Shown: piece by piece, positions 53,752-61,485 of the stretch | Numbering within the stretch: position 1 is the stretch's first letter | Layout: the number at the start of each line of letters is the position of its first letter | Notes under the pieces: model-generated | What the model was told of the DNA's origin: nothing | Seen by the model: only the letters and a program-made list of their open reading frames with translations | The model's database searches: none | Made by a program: the position numbers and the translations under genes | Source: Trypanosoma brucei | Taxonomy: Eukaryota | Direction of reading: 5' to 3' | Assembly (NCBI GenBank): GCA_000002445.1 | Contig: CP000071.1 | Span: 1,376,001 to 1,440,000, forward strand | Length of the DNA stretch: 64,000 bases

Positions 53752-54654
53752 TCATATGTTGAAGATGATACCCTCTTCTATGAGCTGCTCGATGGCGGGT
53801 TTGATCAGCTTCCGGATTGTCTGCTCCGCCTTACAATCTGCACCCTGCACTGAACCAAAATTAGACAACACCCGGAAACTTTTCAGCGGATCACCAAAAA
53901 GCTGCATCTTCACCACGCGTTGCTTCACTAGCACTTTAGTCGATAAAATGTCAAAGAATGGTGGGGAAACATTGCGCACCCTCAAAGAATGCCTCGGATG
54001 ACCCTCCGATGCTCCTTCCATATCCACTGATGAAAGTGAACCATCAATGGAGTCGAGTACACCCGGCAACCGCATTGCCCCCCGGCCGCCACCGCCAAGT
54101 AAAACACCGTACCCCGAGCGGTGACGAGTGGACGGGGTGCCTGCACGACACGGTGGGCGCATACCATTTGTGTTTTTCCTGCTTCTGACAGTCGTCGCGA
54201 GGGGGGCAACTGGTACATCGGCGCATTTTCCCCATTGCACATTTTCTTCAAGTTCCTGAAGAATCTCAATGGCGACCATTCCATCGATGAGAATGTCCCG
54301 TAATGTCATCTCAAACGGGCAAAAAAATGGAAGGGCGAAGTTATTGTCGGCTTCCTCGGCGCCGGACCCCACCATATCGAGGTTCACCTCAAGCCCACTA
54401 AGGCGAATGAAAAAATCACCAGTGTAACGCACCTTCACCATTATTACTGTGCGCTCAGCCGACAGCATTCGTATTCCACTGAGCGTGACTTCAGGAGGGT
54501 TGGACCCCAGATTAAGTTCATCTACGTTCACAGTGCCACGAATTTGCCCATCGCTACCCTCAGCCATGGAGTTCCGGATGGCGCGCTCAACGGCCGCGCG
54601 AATCAACTCCCTTCTCTCTGCGCACAGTGAAGTGGGCCACTCCCACTGCAGCAT
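53752..54654 (-). CDS. SMP (lipid-transfer) domain protein, Mdm12-like (300 aa)
   Basis: I used the ATG at 54654 because the track start is GTG. The N-terminus (MLQWEWPTSL...LIRAAVERAIRNS...VNVDELNLGSNPPEVTLSGI) and the middle region (VKVRYTGDFFIRLSGLEVNLDM...ALPFFCPFEMTLRDILIDGMVAIEI) follow the Mdm12/Mdm34/Mmm1 SMP pattern. This is pattern-level similarity only. Confidence 0.45.
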   Translation of the reverse strand: MLQWEWPTSLCAERRELIRAAVERAIRNSMAEGSDGQIRGTVNVDELNLGSNPPEVTLSGIRMLSAERTVIMVKVRYTGDFFIRLSGLEVNLDMVGSGAEEADNNFALPFFCPFEMTLRDILIDGMVAIEILQELEENVQWGKCADVPVAPLATTVRSRKNTNGMRPPCRAGTPSTRHRSGYGVLLGGGGRGAMRLPGVLDSIDGSLSSVDMEGASEGHPRHSLRVRNVSPPFFDILSTKVLVKQRVVKMQLFGDPLKSFRVLSNFGSVQGADCKAEQTIRKLIKPAIEQLIEEGIIFNI

Positions 54655-54974
54655 CACCTAACCTCTATTTGTTGTCCACCACTACAGAAACAAACAGACC
54701 TAAGTAACTCCGGTGGTCCGCCGGATGGGGTGGGGAATGGGGACCAGCTCACGAAGCTGGCAAAAGCAAGAGAAAAAAGACAACAACTTATTGTGCCAAA
54801 GGGAACAGGGGTGATCTTGTCCCCTGTTCCTATTATCATCCTGTATTCATTTAACCAGCAAGTGAGGAATACTAGTGCCCGGACGAACGTACAGTGAAGT
54901 GCCAAAAGGGGGAAAAAACATTCGCAATTATACGAGTAAAAGCAGTATGATCAATGCCATACCGAAGCCACAAC

Positions 54975-57014
54975 TTATACCAATTGCTCCCCAGGCGAGC
55001 GACCAAATGGTATCACGCTACCACGCATACTCCCAACATCCAGAGCTGCCTTCCCCGGTGGCTTCGTGTGCTGCCCAAAGCGGCGAAGGACGATGTCACG
55101 AGGACTAAGTTTCCACTCTGTACGCAACTGCCTGAGCTCATGAGGGGGAACTTGAATCACAGGGATATCCTCATCATATTGAGGTGCTTCACCCTTTTCG
55201 GAGTCACCTTGTAAGCTCTCGCCGATAACTTTGATAAAATCATTTACAACAGGGGATTCACCAAAAGCATCCCTGCACAAATTCACACAAATCTCGGTGT
55301 CCGCATTCGGTCGAATCTTCAACAAAGTGAAGAAACCCACGAGCTCCTCCGTCATGGAAAGCGAACCATTCGATGAAATGGCGTTTGAGTTTGCCAACAA
55401 AAGCGAATTAATCATCCGCGTCGTCAAAGGCTTGCCAAACCCTACAATTCTCTTCAAGGCACTAAACCCTGAAGCAACCGCGCCAAGGTGGGCACACAAT
55501 TCAAGAAACTGATCGTAGATGGGTGAAATAAGATCCACACTACTACCCACAGCTTCCAACCGCTTGATCAAGGTTTCAGATCTCTCTAGCATGGCCGCGG
55601 TTGGCTTCTCGCAGTTACTGCAAGCCTGGATAAAGAGGAGCACCATCTCCGGTGTCGGATTCATATTCTGATGGACAAAATGTTGGTCAAATATGGCAAG
55701 TGCTAGTTCACCATCGCGCTGAAGTGCGCAGTACATGAATGAAAGAGTGAAGAGGACAAAATCTGGCGTTAAGCCTCGTGGTCGCAGTTGAGATAAGACG
55801 TCCATGACGTAATCTCCAAAACCAGCAACCCCACGGATCGCATAGACCAGCCAATGGAAGCATTCTATGGAAAGGCGGATATCAGATGCATCTGCGAAAC
55901 CCTGTGCTTTCAAAACAAGCGTTGGTTTATTGAAGGCACAACACATGCGCATGTACGCCTCAATTGAAGCGGTTGTTCGGGGCAGCTGATAAAAGTCAAA
56001 AAGGGACCAAACTTCCAAACCCATTTTCTCCACCTCCTCAGGTTCACACAGGTAGGATCTTTCGCCCTCGCTGGTGGCCCTTGACGCTTCATGTTTTGAC
56101 ATTTGTTCCCCCAAAATTGAATACAGTATCATGGCCTTGTTCAGCATGGTACCGCGGGGTCGAAGATTTCGTTTGATAACCTCCTCCAGGGTGTCTATGC
56201 CTTCGCTTACGCGACCCGCTGCAACACAAAGAGTAAGCAATGCATCGAAGAAAAACGTGTTGAGGATGAAGGACTCGGGGGACTCTTTCTCAAGTTCCCT
56301 CGCACGATTTGCGTACACGTTCCATCCCTCTTCCCACTTGCCACAAGCCGCAGCACATAACACCATCTCGCCGTGTGTCTCCACACCCACCTCTACAGGA
56401 GGGATGTTTGTTACAATCATGCGCTCGAACATTTCCACAGCACATTGGAAGCTAGCGTGGCGCCCCCACACTTCCAGCATCTCAATCTGCTGTCTCTGGT
56501 ACCGTATAAGGGCGGCACAACTTTTATCCGGTAGTGGCACTCTTTGGTATAAAAAGTCAGTGAGCAAACGACCCGGCGTTGGTAACAAGCGAGCGTGCCT
56601 GACAAGTTTGTCGACGTCAAGTAAGTGCATATCCCGTTTAAAATATCCGTACCGAGCATACCGAAGGTTTCTTGCTAGCGCTGTCTGGTTATAAATGTGC
56701 TTTATATGAGGCCGATCGGGGTCCACCCACACGCGGTGAGCCTTCTCGAAACCAGGCTCACCACCGTAGAGGCCCATAGCGGCGTTTGTAAGGGCAGGAC
56801 GGTGCAGCTCGCGGTATGCGGGGCTGCGAACATGTTGCTCACGGGCCAACAGGTTCTGCTCTGTATCGTCAAACCAAAGTGGCGCCGTACAATCAACTTT
56901 TTCTCGGGTCACATCCCCTCCCTTTTGTTTTCGTCGATTTTCCGCTGCATACCATTCGGCTGCTTTCACTGCTGCTGCGGCGAGGCGCAGACGGGGGACG
57001 GCGTGCGACAGCAT
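54975..57014 (-). CDS. helical-repeat (PPR-like) protein, probably mitochondrial (679 aa)
   Basis: The track start is GTG, so I trimmed to the first ATG at 57014 (MLSHAVPRLRLAAAAVKAAEWY), which is an amphipathic, presequence-like N-terminus. The body has repeated hairpin units of about 35 aa (e.g. MVLLFIQACSNCEKPTAAMLERSETLIKRL). Confidence 0.5.
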   Translation of the reverse strand: MLSHAVPRLRLAAAAVKAAEWYAAENRRKQKGGDVTREKVDCTAPLWFDDTEQNLLAREQHVRSPAYRELHRPALTNAAMGLYGGEPGFEKAHRVWVDPDRPHIKHIYNQTALARNLRYARYGYFKRDMHLLDVDKLVRHARLLPTPGRLLTDFLYQRVPLPDKSCAALIRYQRQQIEMLEVWGRHASFQCAVEMFERMIVTNIPPVEVGVETHGEMVLCAAACGKWEEGWNVYANRARELEKESPESFILNTFFFDALLTLCVAAGRVSEGIDTLEEVIKRNLRPRGTMLNKAMILYSILGEQMSKHEASRATSEGERSYLCEPEEVEKMGLEVWSLFDFYQLPRTTASIEAYMRMCCAFNKPTLVLKAQGFADASDIRLSIECFHWLVYAIRGVAGFGDYVMDVLSQLRPRGLTPDFVLFTLSFMYCALQRDGELALAIFDQHFVHQNMNPTPEMVLLFIQACSNCEKPTAAMLERSETLIKRLEAVGSSVDLISPIYDQFLELCAHLGAVASGFSALKRIVGFGKPLTTRMINSLLLANSNAISSNGSLSMTEELVGFFTLLKIRPNADTEICVNLCRDAFGESPVVNDFIKVIGESLQGDSEKGEAPQYDEDIPVIQVPPHELRQLRTEWKLSPRDIVLRRFGQHTKPPGKAALDVGSMRGSVIPFGRSPGEQLV

Positions 57015-57425
57015 CCACCCGGGACGGTTGAAAACTAGTGAAAGTGTAAAGTTGGAAGGGAAAAGGCGATTGAAAACGGACCATATCGGGGTAGAAAAAT
57101 AGCAACAGTACCAATAACAACCAGGAAAAAAGTGCACGAACACAACGGACGCATCCACCCGCCCTCATGCTCACATGGATACCTACCTTCTAATGCACAT
57201 CAGACAGTAAATCTATTTATGTATAAAAATGATAATAGAGCACACCTTCGAACCACGGCCACAGCGGGGTAGAGAAGTATGTGAACATTTTTCTTTATTG
57301 TTTGAGGGTACATACAGTAATCGCACGTCACTGTTTCTACCGCTGATGTTTTTTTTCTTGTACATTTCTGGAGAGAGTGTGCCCACCCCAGGGCAACAGA
57401 CCGCTTTCCCTCTCCCATACAATTT

Positions 57426-60400
57426 TTACTCCTCCTTCTTCGTGGAGAGCGGCACCTGAGCGGACCTGGTCTGAATGTCTTCCTCTAGTTTCTTCGCTAT
57501 TTCATTTAGGCGCGCTAGCTCTGCGCGTTGTGAGGCAATCTCCCGTATAACATCCTCCTCACAGGCAGATACACTGCTCTGCCCTGCCGATCGCCACACA
57601 CCGGCTTTTCCCGCCAGCAGTCTGGCCTCCTTTCGCAAGTCATTGATTTCCTTTATAAGAATGACGTTCTCAGCAGTAATACGATACTTGTCACTACGGT
57701 TATTCTCCGCGTTCTTGTTTACCTTATTCCTCAGTCCGGCAAGATTGCGCTCAAGGTGATCACGTTCACGGTTGTACTCCCTTACTTCATCGGCTGCTGA
57801 CCGCGACGCAAGGGCTTTAAGTGTACCAATTGCCTTCCCCGACGTGTACTTGTCGAAGAGTTGCTTGGCCGACTCCTTCAACTTACGCGGGTTTGTTTCG
57901 TCGTGCAAATCACATAACTCCGTCCACAGACGGGACTGGAACTCACCGAAGCTGCGCATGGAAACAGCCAGCTTCTCAAGCTCACGACTCTGTCCAGCCT
58001 TCTTTTGCCGCAAGTTGCGTATTTGTAGGACAAGGTGATCGTTGCTACGGGTGTATTTGTCCGCTTCTCGTCCCATCTCCGCTAGACGAGATTTCGTTTG
58101 CCGTATTTCTTCATCACGGGGATCAATCTGAGATTTCAGCTCTTTGATTTTGTACTCCAGAACAAACTTAAACTTCTCAAGCTCCTGGTTCTTCTTCTTC
58201 AAATCAAGTACTCGGCGTTCCTTCTCGGCTATGGTTTCTCCACGGTCCCTGAACTCCTGTGTGAGTGCCTCAATGTCGCGTTTGGCGGCTTCAATTTGTG
58301 ACTCCAGTGCCGCTTGCTGCCGCATCCTTTCTCGCACCTCCGCTTTCGTGGCCTCCAGTTCTGCCCGCGCTATGTTCTCGGCCGAGAGCAAAGAGTCGTT
58401 TACACCTTGCAAAGCAAACAGCTCGTGTGATTGTTCCTTGCGCCGCTTTTCATTGCCCTCCTTCCGCTTGATCACCTCTACGTCAGTGGCCTCCTCCATC
58501 ATAGCGCAGAACGTATCAGTGCGCTTTTCATCCTCTTCCTTTTCTGCCAGCAACTGCTGATAACGATCGTCTAGCTCCTTTATGGTACGCTGCTGGATCT
58601 CCCTATCCTCAACTGGTTTTTGTCTCGCCTGCTCGCGTATGCGAACAATATTCTTGTCATGCTCATGCTGCTTCTCACTAATCAGTTGCTGCAAGCGGTC
58701 ACTGCGACGACGTAAAAACAGGATCTTCGCGGCGTAATCCTCCTTGGTACGCAGTAGGGATGCCTTGTCCTTATCCTCCATCTCAGCCATATACTCCGTA
58801 AATCTAATTGCCTGTTCATTTTTCTCTTCTTTTAGAGCTTCAAAACGGGCAACACGCTCTGCTCGTTTCTCTGCGAACTCCCGTTCCAACCTCGACAGTT
58901 GCTCTTCGTGCACACGGTCACGAATTATTTGTTGTTGTCGCATGCGCTCTTTTAATTCAGTTGCCTCAGCGGTGAGCTCGACTACGGTCTTAGTAGATGC
59001 TTCCATATCCTTACGTGCTACAAACAGTTCGCTCGAATATTCCACCTCTTTTTGAGGGCCCCGATACGGCGCGACGACATCCCAAAATATAACGGCGCCG
59101 TCCTCACCTGTACTTATTATTAATCCGTCGTCGAACGATAGGACAAGACGTGAAACAACGCCTGCGTGGGCATGGTGCAGCTCCGACATGATACCATTTA
59201 CATCGTTGTCATTGTCATTTAACGAAAGCCTCTCACCAAGATACGTGTTAAAGACGCGAACCGTGCCATCTTCACATCCAGTAAAAAGTAGCTTCAATCT
59301 GGAGCTGATGGCCATAGAAAATATGGAGGCGTTGTGAAGGTCGTGCACCGCAACTTGTGACAGCTTAGTGCGATCAAATTGGCGTAACTTGCGGTCATTA
59401 CCTGCAGTCCACACAGTTCCCAAGTCCGCCACTGCACAGTTGTATGTCATTTCTTTTAGGGTGTTGTCATTTACCTTATGGAAGTCGCACAAGCTAAATT
59501 CAAAAACAGCACCATCCATACCTACGGTTATTATCCGCGTGTCATCCGGTGGGACGAAGTATATGCTCTTTACTTTGCCACTGTGGCCTCGTAGATGGCC
59601 TATTAACTCACAAGTATGAGTGAAGTACACATAAACCGTCGTGGCATGAGCAGCTGCAAAAAAGTTGCCGCCATTACTAAAGCGGCACTCCATGCAGGAT
59701 CTTATGCCAATGTTCTTAAGGTGCCGAACATCGTTGTAGTACAAATTCATCATATGCAGACCATCTGCGAGTCCTACGAGAAGGTGCGTCCCGGATGGGT
59801 GCAAAGCAACACTGCAGATGTCCGAAGTAAAGCGCTTGCGGAACTCAACAACACCTGTGATAAAATTCCACACAAAAACGCAGCGGTCGCGCCCTGCGGT
59901 GACAGCGAGTGGCCGCTGCACACAAATGTCTACCCCTATCACTGGCGCCGAGTGAAACGGTTGGCCAATGGGCTCAAACACACCATCCTCATTCTTAAAA
60001 AAGTCGGCATTCGGAAGGTTTAGTGAATAAAGCTGCTTCGTGCTAGTAAGAAATGAAACGTACTCCTCTGCGGGTGGAGGGGACAGAGTAAAGGAAAGTA
60101 TCACGGGTATTGCATCACCCGGAGGTCCCATAATGTTCGAGTCATTGTTGAACTTGAACGTTCGAACCTTCCGATACATCTCCTTGTTGTCAACCCGTTC
60201 GTAAATGCTAATAAGACCCAGGTCCCCTCCGCATATAAAGCCTTTGCCACAAGCAACCAACGCAGTAATAGCAATCCCGTCTGATGGGGAAAGCGGAAGT
60301 GCATACTTTACCTCGTTGTTTTCCATAAGAACCAAATCACCATTTTCTGTTGATAATATGAGCCAGTTCTCAGACGGAATCCACACATGGGCAAGGTAAT

Positions 60401-61040
60401 TCGTCACCGACTCCCGAACCCCACCGGGGGTGCGCCGGAGTTGGCTTCCCTGCTGTGAAAAGAATCTTACAATACCACTTCCAGACACACACACAATGGA
60501 AGAATCGTTTGGGCAAATACTACACTGCTTCAGCAGGTCGTGGTCGGCGGTTGCAGCCTCACTATCATCAAGGACAGCACAGGATGCTATCACCTTCCCC
60601 CTCTCGACGCTCCAGTAAACAAGGTTCCATTCAGGTTGCCCACCAAGTGATGCCAAGTTCCGACCGTCGTGAGAAAAAGACAGAGAGACATACTCCGATG
60701 AACCAAGATCCGGAAGTTGCAGTATCTTCTTCCGCTTCAACCTGGGTGTGGTATTGCTGTCACACCCATAAATAACAATACTTGGTTGCTTGGAACTCTC
60801 TGCGACCGCCAAGAAACGCCGATTGTTGGACAACGCCATCGCAGTTACTTTTTTACACCCCGGCGTGCACGACACCATCTGCTGTGTGCCCAACTGTGTG
60901 TCGAGTATAATAAGATTTTTACCTGAAACCCAGACAACGTTGTTGTCATCCAGGTACTGTATCCCACCTTTGACACTTTCACACACACCAAAGACATGCC
61001 GGCACTCTAGCAAACGTGGCGAATTATGGGGAGCGGGCAT
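57426..61040 (-). CDS. WD40 plus coiled-coil protein (1,204 aa), CFAP57/WDR65-like flagellar protein (tentative)
   Basis: The track start is GTG, so I used the ATG at 61040 (MPAPHNSPRLLECRHVFG). The N-terminal ~650 aa contain multiple WD blades. The C-terminal ~550 aa is a continuous heptad-rich coiled coil (ELKERMRQQQIIRDRVHEEQLSRLEREFAEKRAE...). This architecture matches the CFAP57 family. Confidence 0.6.
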   Translation of the reverse strand: MPAPHNSPRLLECRHVFGVCESVKGGIQYLDDNNVVWVSGKNLIILDTQLGTQQMVSCTPGCKKVTAMALSNNRRFLAVAESSKQPSIVIYGCDSNTTPRLKRKKILQLPDLGSSEYVSLSFSHDGRNLASLGGQPEWNLVYWSVERGKVIASCAVLDDSEAATADHDLLKQCSICPNDSSIVCVSGSGIVRFFSQQGSQLRRTPGGVRESVTNYLAHVWIPSENWLILSTENGDLVLMENNEVKYALPLSPSDGIAITALVACGKGFICGGDLGLISIYERVDNKEMYRKVRTFKFNNDSNIMGPPGDAIPVILSFTLSPPPAEEYVSFLTSTKQLYSLNLPNADFFKNEDGVFEPIGQPFHSAPVIGVDICVQRPLAVTAGRDRCVFVWNFITGVVEFRKRFTSDICSVALHPSGTHLLVGLADGLHMMNLYYNDVRHLKNIGIRSCMECRFSNGGNFFAAAHATTVYVYFTHTCELIGHLRGHSGKVKSIYFVPPDDTRIITVGMDGAVFEFSLCDFHKVNDNTLKEMTYNCAVADLGTVWTAGNDRKLRQFDRTKLSQVAVHDLHNASIFSMAISSRLKLLFTGCEDGTVRVFNTYLGERLSLNDNDNDVNGIMSELHHAHAGVVSRLVLSFDDGLIISTGEDGAVIFWDVVAPYRGPQKEVEYSSELFVARKDMEASTKTVVELTAEATELKERMRQQQIIRDRVHEEQLSRLEREFAEKRAERVARFEALKEEKNEQAIRFTEYMAEMEDKDKASLLRTKEDYAAKILFLRRRSDRLQQLISEKQHEHDKNIVRIREQARQKPVEDREIQQRTIKELDDRYQQLLAEKEEDEKRTDTFCAMMEEATDVEVIKRKEGNEKRRKEQSHELFALQGVNDSLLSAENIARAELEATKAEVRERMRQQAALESQIEAAKRDIEALTQEFRDRGETIAEKERRVLDLKKKNQELEKFKFVLEYKIKELKSQIDPRDEEIRQTKSRLAEMGREADKYTRSNDHLVLQIRNLRQKKAGQSRELEKLAVSMRSFGEFQSRLWTELCDLHDETNPRKLKESAKQLFDKYTSGKAIGTLKALASRSAADEVREYNRERDHLERNLAGLRNKVNKNAENNRSDKYRITAENVILIKEINDLRKEARLLAGKAGVWRSAGQSSVSACEEDVIREIASQRAELARLNEIAKKLEEDIQTRSAQVPLSTKKEE

Positions 61041-61485
61041 TGTTCCCACCTTCGCCTTTCAAGGATTTTAACACCCCGCTTTTAGAAGACTAGAGCAGTG
61101 TTCGGTGTTTCCCGTGTCGCACGTTTCTCCGGTTTGTCTCCGCCTTCTCCTTCCTTTTTCGTTGACAAAAATTAAAAGTAGCAATCGACAAAACAGAAGG
61201 AAGCGAACCAAAGTTCTTACAAAATTGCAATACCTACCACAAGGAGGTTTTTATACCCGGCCAGATCGTTGGGTAATATAAACTGAAGACAAGTTATTGG
61301 AAAGTAATAGCTTCAGAAGCGCTAGCCGATCCCTTTAAAGAAATAAAACCTGTTCCGGAAGATAAAACATTTTGGTATGGTGAATAAAAACGCCATTTTA
61401 CCGTCCACAGGGCCTAGCATCTATGATCCTATACAGGTCACATCTATGACCACACACCATGTCCACACACCATGTCCACTCGCTG

